A DNA stretch of 36,399 nt from Gemmatimonadota bacterium. GTDB taxonomy: Bacteria > Gemmatimonadota > Gemmatimonadetes > Gemmatimonadales > Gemmatimonadaceae. The notes beneath the pieces are model-generated. The model was not told the origin of the DNA. It did not search any database and worked only from the letters and a program-made list of their open reading frames with translations. The stretch's first letter is position 1. Every line of letters starts with the position of its first letter. Positions 1 through 9,747 of the stretch are shown here, piece by piece. The DNA lies in the NCBI GenBank assembly GCA_031372565.1, contig JANMLN010000108.1, positions 1 to 36,399 on the forward strand. Reading direction: 5' to 3'. A program made the position numbers and the translations under genes.

Positions 1-409
1 GCACGCCGGCGTGCAACCGGACCGGCACCTTGTACACGCCCAGCGCCTTGATCGGCTCGTGGAGTTCGATCATGCGCTTCTCGACGTGGAAGCCCTGCGC
101 TTCGAGCTGGTGCGCGATGTCGGAACCGGTCACCGACCCGAACAGCTTGCCCTCTTCGCCGACGCGGGCGGAGAAGGTGAGCTGCACCTGCTCGAGCTTG
201 CCGGCGAGCTCCTGCGCGGTGGCCTTGCGGGCCGCCTCGGCGGACTCGAGGCGGGCACGCTCCTGCTCGATGCGCTTGCGGTTGCCCGGGGTCGCCTCGT
301 AGGCGAGTCCACGCGGGAGCAGGAAGTTGCGCCCGTATCCGGCAGAGACCTTCACGATCTCGCCCGGCTCGCCGAGCTTGTCGATCGCGGCGCGAAGAAT
401 GACGTCCAT
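1..409 (-). CDS. rplI: 50S ribosomal protein L9 (3' end truncated by window edge)
   Basis: Not in the ORF track. Manual translation from ATG 409 gives MDVILRAAIDKLGEPGEIVKVSAGYGRNFLLPRGLA, the L9 N-terminal signature; lies downstream of rpsF-rpsR-DUF2232. Confidence 0.96.
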   Translation of the reverse strand, partial: MDVILRAAIDKLGEPGEIVKVSAGYGRNFLLPRGLAYEATPGNRKRIEQERARLESAEAARKATAQELAGKLEQVQLTFSARVGEEGKLFGSVTGSDIAHQLEAQGFHVEKRMIELHEPIKALGVYKVPVRLHAGV

Positions 410-411
410 GT

Positions 412-1467
412 TCACTCCGAAGATTGGGGAGACGGTCGGGCGCGGCGGCGCCAGTCGAGCCAGGTATCGCCGACGCCCAGTCCGAGCGACGCCGCCAGGA
501 CGGCCGGCGCCACGATGGGAAAGGCGAGCAATGACGCGAGCGCGAGCAGCACGGTGGCAACGCGCCCCGGCTTGAAGAACCAGGCGAGGACTCCGAGCCC
601 GCGAAGGGCGAAGAGCGCGCCAAAGAACACGATCAGATTGATGCCGACGAGTACGCCGGGTTCGAACTCCGGCAGCACGAAGAGCACGAGACCCGCGGCC
701 AGCCCCCACACGAGGTGGTCACTGAAGCGGAAGTCGCGCAGTGCCCCGAGCGGGTCCCCGAGCGGGCGTCGGCCGAGCCGATGGTACAGGGCCCACGCCA
801 GCGCCAGCGCCGCGAGGGACTCGAGCGCCAAGACGGCCGGAGCCACCTTGGCATAGGCGAGCGCGAGCGCCGGCAATGCCCGCAGTTGGGCGAGGAAGTC
901 AGTCCCGAACTCCGCCATGGCCGGTGACTTGGCCACGGCGTCGGTCCACTCCTTGGAGGCGAAGTACTCCTCCCACATCGCGATCGGGCGGGTCAGCCGG
1001 TCGCTGTACTCCCCGTTGAGGATGGCGACGAGGCGCTCACCGCCGCCCTGCGTGAACAGGGTGACGAGCAGCGCGCCCAGCAGCGCGACGCCCACCGTGA
1101 TGAGCGCCGGGGTGAAGAATGACCCCCCGTCCTGCCGCCGCACGCGAGCGAGCACGACCAGCCCGAACAGCGACGCGACGGCCGCCGCCCATCCCCGCTC
1201 GACCGCATCGAAGGCGTCGGCAGGGAGCGGCCAGACCACCGCCAACACCGCCACCGCGCCCCAGGCGAGGGCGAGCCAGATGCTGCCGCCCGCCACCCAG
1301 CCGGCGAGCATGAGCGCGCCGAGGGCGGGGAGGACGAGCAGCATCGAGCGGGTGATAGGGACGACGATGGCCGCAACCTGCGGGATGAGGACCATCCCGA
1401 TGAGAGCGAGCACCACGAGTCCCCACCCCCGGCCGCGCGCAGCAGCGACCGGTGCAGGACTGGTCAC
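412..1467 (-). CDS. DUF2232/YybS-family multi-pass membrane protein
   Basis: 351 aa with many hydrophobic segments and C-terminal GLGVGDTWLDWR; usual position between rpsR and rplI. Confidence 0.8.
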   Translation of the reverse strand: MTSPAPVAAARGRGWGLVVLALIGMVLIPQVAAIVVPITRSMLLVLPALGALMLAGWVAGGSIWLALAWGAVAVLAVVWPLPADAFDAVERGWAAAVASLFGLVVLARVRRQDGGSFFTPALITVGVALLGALLVTLFTQGGGERLVAILNGEYSDRLTRPIAMWEEYFASKEWTDAVAKSPAMAEFGTDFLAQLRALPALALAYAKVAPAVLALESLAALALAWALYHRLGRRPLGDPLGALRDFRFSDHLVWGLAAGLVLFVLPEFEPGVLVGINLIVFFGALFALRGLGVLAWFFKPGRVATVLLALASLLAFPIVAPAVLAASLGLGVGDTWLDWRRRARPSPQSSE

Positions 1468-1471
1468 AACG

Positions 1472-1693
1472 TTACGGCTGGTGGCCGCGGGTGTACGGAA
1501 TCAGAGCCAGGAAGCGGGCCTTCTTGATGGCCTTGGCGAGCTGGCGCTGGTGCCGGGCATCCACGCCGGACAGGCGGCTGGGGAGGATCTTGCCGGTGTC
1601 CGTGATGAAGCGGGCGAGCAAGCGGTCATCCTTGTGGTCGACGTACCGGATGCCGGCTTCGATGATCGGGCTGGGCTTCTTGAATCGGCGCAT
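1472..1693 (-). CDS. rpsR: 30S ribosomal protein S18
   Basis: VDHKD..LLARFITDTGKILPSRLSG..ARHQRQLAKAIKKARFLALIPY S18 signature. Confidence 0.97.
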   Translation of the reverse strand: MRRFKKPSPIIEAGIRYVDHKDDRLLARFITDTGKILPSRLSGVDARHQRQLAKAIKKARFLALIPYTRGHQP

Positions 1694-1699
1694 GGGTGT

Positions 1700-2062
1700 C
1701 TACTCCTCGTCGTCGTCGTCGTCATCACGGGCAGCCTTGGCCGCGAGTTCCGCGCGGCGGGCTTCGGGAACGCCAAGTTCGTGCTCATGCAGCGAGACGA
1801 GGTAGCGGATCACGCTGTCGTCCAGCTTGAGCGCGCGCTCGTACTCGGGGAGCGTCTTCGGCTCCGTGGTGAAATACGCGATGACGTAGTAGCCGTTTTC
1901 ACGGCGCTTGATGGGGTACGCGAGTTGGCGGCGTCCCCAGCTTTCCAGCTTCACCTCGCCGATCGGGCTGAGGAGAGCGTGGAAGCGACCGAGCTTCTCG
2001 GTAATGGCGGCGTCTTCGAGGGCAGAGTCGAAGATGTACACCGCCTCATAGGTGCGAGGCAT
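1700..2062 (-). CDS. rpsF: 30S ribosomal protein S6
   Basis: MPRTYEAVYIFD...WGRRQLAYPIK..NGYY, acidic tail; start placed at ATG 2062 after AAGGGAG. Confidence 0.97.
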   Translation of the reverse strand: MPRTYEAVYIFDSALEDAAITEKLGRFHALLSPIGEVKLESWGRRQLAYPIKRRENGYYVIAYFTTEPKTLPEYERALKLDDSVIRYLVSLHEHELGVPEARRAELAAKAARDDDDDDEE

Positions 2063-2069
2063 GCAGGCA

Positions 2070-2135
2070 AAGCTCCCTTTGGACTTGAGACTGCGCCCCC
2101 CGCGCGCTTGCCAGAGCCCGGGGGGAGGGGAATTG
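2070..2135 (-). promoter_or_regulatory. Candidate S6:S18 ribosomal-protein leader RNA
   Basis: CCCCCCG/CGGGGGG stem (2096-2102 with 2119-2125), plus a 5' TTCCCCT that could pair with the rpsF SD AAGGGAG. Position fits the known S6:S18 leader; no covariance test run. Confidence 0.35.
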
Positions 2136-2421
2136 TGGCCGCACCGCAAACGCGGGCGGGTCGAACCAAGCCACGTAAGCTATTCGCCTACCCGATGCGA
2201 CGCAATGCACTCCGTGCGTCACGCAGGTGTGTCGCGCGCGCCACACCCTGTTGCGCGGAAACGACCTGCTTGGGCGGACGATCAGGCGTTACGCAGGGGC
2301 GTCACCTCCCTCTGACGATGCGTGCAAACATGTGTCGCAGCCTCGGCCCGCGTGCTCCGGTCTGCTTTATGCGTCACGGGGAGTCATCACCGGCACGTCG
2401 TCTACAGCTCCGGAGCCGTTC

Positions 2422-3018
2422 ATGAACCCGCGCTCGTTCGCAGTGGCCGCCGCCATTCTCATGGCCGCCGCCAGTCCAGCCGCCGCCCAGACATACGGTT
2501 TCGATTCCCTGACCTGCGGGTCTGGAGCCGGACTCGGCACCTATCAGGGCTTTACCTGGGGCGGGTTCCTCTGCTACGACGCCACGATCCCGACGGGCTT
2601 TCCCAACAACCTGAACAACGGCGTCGTCTCGCTCAAGAACGTCATCTACAACCGCGGCGGCACTGGCTCATTCATCGCGCGCGCCACCTCGTTCAACCTG
2701 ACGAGCGCGTACGTGACGGCCGCTCGGTCGAACTACCCCGAGATCTATCGCTTTCGCGCCATCAGCGGCGGCTCGCAGGTCGGCTTCGTCGACGTCACGA
2801 CGGGGAATGCGGCGCAACTCGTCTCGTTCAACTTCGCCAATATCGACAGTGTGGTGCTGGCGAACATCAGCAACCCCAGTGGGAACGCGGGCGTCGTGAT
2901 CGACGACATCACCTTCGACGCCCCCTCGAGCAGCGTGCCGGAGCCGGCGTCGGTGGCGCTCGTCGCGTCCGGGCTCGTCGGTGTCGCCGTTGTCGGGCGC
3001 CGCCGCCGTCGTCGCTAG
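2422..3018 (+). CDS. PEP-CTERM sorting domain surface protein
   Basis: Signal peptide MNPRSFAVAAAILMAAASPAAAQ; C-terminal VPEPAS + TM helix + RRRRRR; GGAG upstream of ATG 2422. Confidence 0.92.
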   Translation: MNPRSFAVAAAILMAAASPAAAQTYGFDSLTCGSGAGLGTYQGFTWGGFLCYDATIPTGFPNNLNNGVVSLKNVIYNRGGTGSFIARATSFNLTSAYVTAARSNYPEIYRFRAISGGSQVGFVDVTTGNAAQLVSFNFANIDSVVLANISNPSGNAGVVIDDITFDAPSSSVPEPASVALVASGLVGVAVVGRRRRRR

Positions 3019-3055
3019 TGCGCGGCACCGCTCATCCACACCCCAGCCCAAGCGC

Positions 3056-3727
3056 ATGCGCCTGACTGCGTTCGCCACCGTCCTCACCGGCTCGGCGCTC
3101 CTCCTGGCCGCTACGGCCCCGTCGGGTGCCCAGACCTTCAGCAACAAGTCCGCTTTCCTCTCCGCGGCCGGTAGCCCGTCGTACACCGAGACCTTCGAGA
3201 GCGTCCCGATTGCCAAGGACGCCAACTATTACGGATCGTTCACCAAGAACGGCATCAGCTACGCGCCGAAGGCGGGCGTACCCGGGCACAACCTGTACGT
3301 CAGTTCGCCCGGGTACACCAACTTCGGTGCAGGAATCGGGGCAACCACCTCGAGTATCCTCACCTCCAACGGCGATGAGTGGTTCCGCCTGACCTTCGCG
3401 TCGACGGTGTACGGCTTCGGTCTCGATGCGTACTACAACGGCCTCGGACCGACGACCACGTCGTTCTTCAACGGCTCGACCCTGCTCGGCAGCGTCTCGT
3501 ACAACGGCACGGCGATGATCGGATTCGCCGGGTTCCTCTCGTCCAGCTTCACGCCGATCACCGCCGTGGAGTTCCAGTCCTCGCGGGGCGGTACACTCAA
3601 CACGGGCATCGATAACGTCATCATCTACGATGCGCCCACCTCGTCGGTCCCCGAGCCCGCCTCCCTCGCGCTCGTAGCGTCGGGGCTCGCAGCGGTCGCT
3701 CTCGTCGGGCGTCGTCGACGTCGGTAG
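3056..3727 (+). CDS. PEP-CTERM sorting domain surface protein
   Basis: Signal peptide MRLTAFATVLTGSALLLAATAPSGAQ; C-terminal VPEPASLALVASGLAAVALVGRRRRR. Confidence 0.92.
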   Translation: MRLTAFATVLTGSALLLAATAPSGAQTFSNKSAFLSAAGSPSYTETFESVPIAKDANYYGSFTKNGISYAPKAGVPGHNLYVSSPGYTNFGAGIGATTSSILTSNGDEWFRLTFASTVYGFGLDAYYNGLGPTTTSFFNGSTLLGSVSYNGTAMIGFAGFLSSSFTPITAVEFQSSRGGTLNTGIDNVIIYDAPTSSVPEPASLALVASGLAAVALVGRRRRR

Positions 3728-3754
3728 CACGCCGCGTCACCACCAGGTACGACC

Positions 3755-3790
3755 ACGGGGGCCGAGATCACTCGGCCCCCGTTTCGTTCT
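3755..3790 (+). terminator. Intrinsic terminator after the PEP-CTERM pair (possibly bidirectional with ychF)
   Basis: Perfect 12-bp stem ACGGGGGCCGAG-atca-CTCGGCCCCCGT followed by TTCGTTCT, between convergent genes. Confidence 0.75.
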
Positions 3791-3808
3791 CCGCTCCGGA
3801 CGCGAGCG

Positions 3809-4909
<1,101 letters not shown>

Positions 4910-5187
4910 GGGAGCAAGACTCTGGAATACGCAGGCGCGGCGGCGGAGTGCCAGTGCGCTGTGAACGCGCGGTTCGGCCACGCAACCCGGGACCACCAAG
5001 CGGGAACCTGCGCGTGACGCCGGAAGTATAGCGCCACGACCCCTGCTCGTGGCACGATCAATGCAGAGGGATGTTTCTCGTCCGACGATCCGATGCTTGT
5101 CGATAGGGAGTGTGGCGCGCCGCGCCATTCGCTCGTCTCGACGAAGTCGGCCCGAGTTTCAACGCTCATCCTGCCTCTGGAGGCCCC

Positions 5188-5310
5188 ATGCACACACCGC
5201 TTTCGTCGATGCAGACCGCTCGCACGAGTGCGTCAACGAAACGGCGCTGGCTTGCAGCGGCGCTGGCGTTGGTCGTTTTTCAGGCGATGTGCGTGCTGCT
5301 GTTCGTGTAG
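5188..5310 (+). CDS. Putative 40-aa single-pass membrane protein
   Basis: GGAGG 4 nt before ATG 5188; KRR followed by WLAAALALVVFQAMCVLLFV; strong hairpin 20 nt after the stop. Confidence 0.45.
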   Translation: MHTPLSSMQTARTSASTKRRWLAAALALVVFQAMCVLLFV

Positions 5311-5330
5311 GCAACTCGCAACACCCTGTC

Positions 5331-5364
5331 GCAGAAGGCCCCGCTTGTCAGCGGGGCCTTCTGC
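5331..5364. terminator. Hairpin terminator, probably bidirectional
   Basis: Perfect 15-bp inverted repeat GCAGAAGGCCCCGCT-tgtc-AGCGGGGCCTTCTGC between the pth stop and the small ORF stop; no long U tract. Confidence 0.7.
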
Positions 5365-5367
5365 ATA

Positions 5368-5985
5368 CTACGGCTCGAGTTCGCGTGGCTCGCGTGGCTC
5401 GCGTGGCTCGCGTGGCACCGCATTGAACCGGTTCATCGCCACGGCAACGCCATCTTCTGCCCACGTCTGGCAGGCAGCCGTGCACGCGGGCATGAGCGCG
5501 TAGATCGCGGCCTGGTCGTCGTCAGCCACCGCGCCGAGGACGTACTCGGCGAGATCGGGAATCGGCGTGTCGGGGGTCGTCGGGCCGACGCCGACGCGCA
5601 GGCGCGCGTAATGCTCATGCCCGATGGCGCGCTCGAGGTCACGAAGGCCGTTGTGACCGCCGTGCGAGCCCTTGGGGCGGATGCGCACCCGTCCCACGGG
5701 GATGGCGACGTCATCGACGACCACGAGCAGGTCGGCGCGCGGGTCGACTCCCCGCGCGAGGTCGGGGGCCACCGCGTGGCCACTCAGATTCATGAACGTC
5801 TGCGGCTTGAGCAGCCGTACTCCGGTCTCGCCGACTCGGCCGTCGGTGACGAGGGCCTGGCCCTCGGTTTGCCACGGGGGGAAATGCCAAACGTCGGCCA
5901 GGTGGTCGAGGACCCACCAGCCGACGTTGTGCCGTGTGTTCGCGTACCGACGCCCCGGATTGCCGAGGCCGACGATCAGCTTCAT
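5368..5985 (-). CDS. pth: Peptidyl-tRNA hydrolase
   Basis: MKLIVGLGNPG..Y..TRHNVG, KPQTFMNLSG, GGHNGL motifs. Confidence 0.97.
   Translation of the reverse strand: MKLIVGLGNPGRRYANTRHNVGWWVLDHLADVWHFPPWQTEGQALVTDGRVGETGVRLLKPQTFMNLSGHAVAPDLARGVDPRADLLVVVDDVAIPVGRVRIRPKGSHGGHNGLRDLERAIGHEHYARLRVGVGPTTPDTPIPDLAEYVLGAVADDDQAAIYALMPACTAACQTWAEDGVAVAMNRFNAVPREPREPREPRELEP
5381..5416. repeat. 9-bp tandem repeat (TCGCGTGGC)x4 in the 3' end of pth
   Basis: Four exact consecutive copies, encoding PREPREPREPRE on the minus strand. Confidence 0.9.
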
Positions 5986-6014
5986 GCCAGACGGCTGGGC
6001 GACCAGAGCCGCCC

Positions 6015-6677
6015 TTACTTCTTGGCCTCGGCCTCTTCGTCCGCCTTGGCCTTGCGGATGACTTCCGGATCCCCGGCGCCTTCAGCCGCGGCGTCAGGCT
6101 TGGCGGCCGCTTCGATCGCGGCACGCGGGGCCGCACAGACGCAGATCGTGAGATCCATGTCGGTGAGGATCTCGATACCCTCGGCGACCGTGAGCTCGCG
6201 CACGTGGATCGAGTCACCCAAGTCGAGCTTGGTGATGTCGACGTCGACGTGGCTCGGGATGATCGCCGGGTCGCAGCGGATCTCGAGGTCGCGCTGCGGC
6301 TGGTCCATGACGCCGCCATTGAGGCGGACGCCATCGGCCGTACCGACGAGGTGCAGCGGGACGCGGACCGTCACCTTCTCACCGGCCACGAGCTCCTGGA
6401 AGTCGACGTGGAGGATCTGCTTCTTGAACGGGTGGCGCTGCACCTCACGGATGAGCGTGCGGGCCTGCGTGCCGTCGATCGAGAGCTCGATGACGGTCGC
6501 TTCGGCGGCGATGCGGCCGAGCAGCTTGCCCAGCTCGCGCGCGTCGAGGGAGAGGCCCATCGGAGCGCGGGCGTGCCCGTAGATCACGGCCGGGACGCGG
6601 CCAGCGGCGCGCAATGTGCGCGCGACACCCTTGCCGGTGTCGGTACGAGCGGAAGCGGAGAGGGAAGCGGTCGCCAT
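6015..6677 (-). CDS. rplY: 50S ribosomal protein L25/Ctc
   Basis: RTDTGKGVARTLR..GRVPAVIYG, EVQRHPFK..ILHVDF; prs-rplY-pth synteny. Confidence 0.96.
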   Translation of the reverse strand: MATASLSASARTDTGKGVARTLRAAGRVPAVIYGHARAPMGLSLDARELGKLLGRIAAEATVIELSIDGTQARTLIREVQRHPFKKQILHVDFQELVAGEKVTVRVPLHLVGTADGVRLNGGVMDQPQRDLEIRCDPAIIPSHVDVDITKLDLGDSIHVRELTVAEGIEILTDMDLTICVCAAPRAAIEAAAKPDAAAEGAGDPEVIRKAKADEEAEAKK

Positions 6678-6708
6678 GGTAGAACCCTGATGCGAAGGTG
6701 AAGCCGGA

Positions 6709-7662
6709 CTAGTCGAAGAGTGCGCTGACCGACTGGTCGCTATGCGTGTAACGGATGGCCTTGGCGAGCAGCTCGCTCACCGAGAGAATGACCAGTGAAG
6801 GGAAACGCCGGTCGGAGGCGATTCGCATCGAGTCCGTCACCGCGACTTCGGTGATCGGGGCCGACGAGAGCCGTTCGACCGCAGGGCCGGAGAAGAGCGC
6901 ATGCGAGCAGCACGCGTAGATGTCGGAAGCACCCAACTGCTTGAGCGCCTTCGCCGCCTCCGAGATGGTCCCCGCGGTGTCGATCATGTCATCGACGAGG
7001 AGACAATCCCGGCCTTCCACTTCACCGACCACGTTCAGCACTTCCGCGACGTTCGCGGCAGGCCGGCGCTTGTCGATGATCGCCAGCGTGCCGTTGAGCC
7101 GCTTGGCGAACCCCCTCGCCATCTTGGCCGACCCAACATCGGGGGCCACGACGACGAGATCCTTCAGCTGTTTCTTGCGATAGTGCGCGACGAGGACCGG
7201 CGCCGCGTAGAGATGATCGACCGGAACGTCGAAGAACCCTTGCAGTTGGTGCTGGTGGAAATCGAGCCCCAGCACCCGGTCTGCCCCGGCCGTCTCGATC
7301 AGGTTGGCCACGAGCTTGGCTCCGATCGCGACACGCGGCTGGTCCTTGCGGTCCTGCCGCGCATAGCCGTAGTACGGCATCACGCAGGTGATGCGCGCCG
7401 CCGACGCCCGCCGAGCCGCATCGATCAGGAGCAACAGCTCCATCACGTTGTCGGCCGGTGGATTGGTCGGCTGCACGATGAAGACATCCGCACCGCGGAT
7501 ATTCTCATCGATCCGGACGAAAATTTCTCCGTCGGCAAACCGGGTCACCGTGCATTTCGCGAGTTCCACCCCAAGGTGGCCCGCGATCTCCTCCGCGAGC
7601 GGCTGGTTGGCCGTTCCCGAGAGAAGCTTGAACCCGGCGCCAGGCGATTGTGTCCCGTCCAT
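6709..7662 (-). CDS. prs: Ribose-phosphate pyrophosphokinase
   Basis: FADGE, PYYGYARQDRK, VVAPDVG, LVDDMIDTAGT motifs; start chosen at ATG 7662. Confidence 0.97.
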   Translation of the reverse strand: MDGTQSPGAGFKLLSGTANQPLAEEIAGHLGVELAKCTVTRFADGEIFVRIDENIRGADVFIVQPTNPPADNVMELLLLIDAARRASAARITCVMPYYGYARQDRKDQPRVAIGAKLVANLIETAGADRVLGLDFHQHQLQGFFDVPVDHLYAAPVLVAHYRKKQLKDLVVVAPDVGSAKMARGFAKRLNGTLAIIDKRRPAANVAEVLNVVGEVEGRDCLLVDDMIDTAGTISEAAKALKQLGASDIYACCSHALFSGPAVERLSSAPITEVAVTDSMRIASDRRFPSLVILSVSELLAKAIRYTHSDQSVSALFD

Positions 7663-7731
7663 GAGCGCAGCCTTGAAACGTAATCCCGGCAAGAAGTTCG
7701 GTCAATCGTCCCGCGCCTGGCAGCGTGACGA

Positions 7732-7802
7732 TTGCCCCTGGTGGACTCGAACCACCATTCGCGGATCCAAAGTCCGCTGTCCTGCCATTGGACGAAGGGG
7801 CA
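7732..7802 (-). tRNA. tRNA-Gln(TTG)
   Basis: Reverse complement folds as TGCCCCT-TC-GTCC AATGGCA GGAC-A-GCGGA CT TTG GA TCCGC-GAAT-GGTGG TTCGAGT CCACC-AGGGGCA-A; CCA not encoded; classic ispE-tRNA-Gln-prs position. Confidence 0.96.
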
Positions 7803-7816
7803 GTGAGCCGCCTAAG

Positions 7817-8731
7817 CTACGCGAGAACCTCGACTTGAGCAACGCGATCGGCCGTGGTCGTCTCCACCAGCCGTTCGCCCGCCTCGATCGGAAGCACGGG
7901 GGCGATCCCGCTGTGCTCCGGAATCACCACCACCGTGGCCCCGGACCCCGACATCAGCGCCACGGTCCGCTTCCCCAGCTGCTCCCGCACCTCCGCCTTC
8001 CGCACCGCCGCCAGATGCGCGGCAATCCGCGGGAACCGCTTGAGCACCACCGACTCGAAGTCGTTGGTGGCCATCTGTGCCACCTGCGACCAGCTCCCGA
8101 TCGTCACCGCGATCGCGGTGCTCCGGTGAAAGGCGACCGCCGTCGCACGCGCCTCGTCCAGCCACCGATAGGCGTCCGCCGTGGGCACCCCCGCCTCGAA
8201 CACCACGAGCCAGCAGCGCTTCGGCGGCAGCGGGGGCACCGGGCGCAGCTGCTCGCCGTACCCCCAGGCGAGCGCCAGCGGATCGGTGCCCGTGAGAAAG
8301 GGCACGTCCGCGCCGAGGGACGACGCCAAGGTGTGGAGCCGTTCCCGACCGATCGGACGCGGTGCCAGCGCATCCAGCGCGCGGAGGACGGCTCCGGCAT
8401 CGGCACTGCCTCCGCCCAACCCGCCCCCGACCGGAATCTGCTTCTCCAGTTCGATGGCGAAGCCGCCAGGCCAGCCCGACGCCTCCGCGTAGGCCACGGC
8501 CGCTCGCCACGCGAGGTTCTGCTCCACGGGCCCCAGTCCGGTCACCGGCAGCGTCGGACCCTTCGCATCCAGCGATCTGGGCCCGTCCGTGGTCCGAACG
8601 GTCACGATGTCCGCCAGCTCGAGTCGGCAGAACAGGGTGTCGAGCCGGTGGTAGCCGGTGGGTTCGCGGTCGTGCACCTGCAGGAACAGGTTGACCTTGG
8701 CCTGCGCCGCGACGCGCGCCGCACGGCTCAT
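7817..8731 (-). CDS. ispE: 4-diphosphocytidyl-2-C-methyl-D-erythritol kinase
   Basis: AQAKVNLFL, KQIPVGGGLGGGSADA, LGADVPF, MSGSG; ATG 8731 overlaps the upstream stop (ATGA). Confidence 0.95.
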   Translation of the reverse strand: MSRAARVAAQAKVNLFLQVHDREPTGYHRLDTLFCRLELADIVTVRTTDGPRSLDAKGPTLPVTGLGPVEQNLAWRAAVAYAEASGWPGGFAIELEKQIPVGGGLGGGSADAGAVLRALDALAPRPIGRERLHTLASSLGADVPFLTGTDPLALAWGYGEQLRPVPPLPPKRCWLVVFEAGVPTADAYRWLDEARATAVAFHRSTAIAVTIGSWSQVAQMATNDFESVVLKRFPRIAAHLAAVRKAEVREQLGKRTVALMSGSGATVVVIPEHSGIAPVLPIEAGERLVETTTADRVAQVEVLA

Positions 8732-9741
8732 GCGCCGTCCTTGGCCACCTTGGCCATGTCCCCGAGCGAGACACCCAGTCGCGCGAAGTAGATGATGCCC
8801 ATCGTCGTGATCGGGATGTACGACACGATGTGGAAGCCGATCGCCCACGTGACCGCCTGCGTGGCCGGCACACCGTACAACGCGAGGCCTGCCTTGCCGA
8901 GCGCTTCGAAGGCACCGAAGAACCCCGGAGCCGCTGGAATCGCGACACCGATGGCGATGATGCCCTGCAAGAAGAGCGCGGCCGACAGCGGAGCCGTGAT
9001 GCCCACCGCCTTGAACGCGATCCAGAAGGCGACGCCGTTCATGATCCAGTGCACGATCGTCCAGAGGATCGCCGCGATCGCGCGCCCCGGATGCCGCAGC
9101 ACGCCCAAACCGGCGGTGAACGACCGGATGAACGCGATCCCCTTCTCCTCGATCGCGGGCGCGACGCGTCCCGCGAGCACCTGGAACAACCGCTCGACCT
9201 GCGACGGAAACCAGGCAAGCGCTGCGAGCGCCAGCAGCACCACGCTGAGCGCGGCGCTCGAGACGCCGATCCAGCGGAGCGCCGAATAGCCGGCAATCGG
9301 CGTGTCGCGCGGAAAGGCAGGGTCGAGCATCCCGACGAGCATCAGGGCGACCACGACGGCCGCATCGAAGATGCGATCGACCGCGATCGAGGCGAACGCC
9401 GCGGAGAATGGCACGTCGCGTCGCTCGCGGCTCAGGGCGAAAGCCCGGGCGAGCTCGCCCGCACGGGCCGGCACAAGGTTGTTGATCCCCATGCCGATTG
9501 CCACGGCGCGCCAGAGCGGACCGAAGGGCAGGTTGGGCACGACCCCCCCCAGAATGGGACGCCAACGAATGGCGCGGAGGAAGAAGATCGAGGTCCCGGC
9601 GGCGCTCGCCAGAATGAGCAGCCCGAGGTCGGCCTGCGCCAGCGCGTGCGAGACCTCGCCGACGTTCACGTCACGCAGGGCGTACCACATCAGGAGGGCG
9701 CTCAGCACGAAGCCGAGCACCCCACGCACTCCCATTTTCAT
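8728..9741 (-). CDS. Lysylphosphatidylglycerol synthase TM / flippase-like (UPF0104) membrane protein
   Basis: RAIRW, NNLVPARAGE, DRIFD, PAAPGFFGAFE motifs; multi-TM. Confidence 0.88.
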   Translation of the reverse strand: MKMGVRGVLGFVLSALLMWYALRDVNVGEVSHALAQADLGLLILASAAGTSIFFLRAIRWRPILGGVVPNLPFGPLWRAVAIGMGINNLVPARAGELARAFALSRERRDVPFSAAFASIAVDRIFDAAVVVALMLVGMLDPAFPRDTPIAGYSALRWIGVSSAALSVVLLALAALAWFPSQVERLFQVLAGRVAPAIEEKGIAFIRSFTAGLGVLRHPGRAIAAILWTIVHWIMNGVAFWIAFKAVGITAPLSAALFLQGIIAIGVAIPAAPGFFGAFEALGKAGLALYGVPATQAVTWAIGFHIVSYIPITTMGIIYFARLGVSLGDMAKVAKDGA

Positions 9742-9747
9742 GGTCGT

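Noticed and set aside
2391..2406. Sigma-54 promoter before the PEP-CTERM genes (CGGCACG)
   Set aside because: No correctly spaced TTGC -12 element, and too close to the start codon.
11..2425. Plus-strand ORFs 11-856 and 917-2425
   Set aside because: Shadows of rplI, DUF2232, rpsR and rpsF.
7700..7816. tRNA-Gln as an integration site
   Set aside because: Flanked directly by ispE and prs; no integrase or duplicated tRNA 3' end seen.
8732..9565. Apparent 278-aa N-terminal extension of IspE
   Set aside because: Out-of-frame overlap with the flippase-like gene; IspE homology begins at ATG 8731, which is coupled to the upstream stop.
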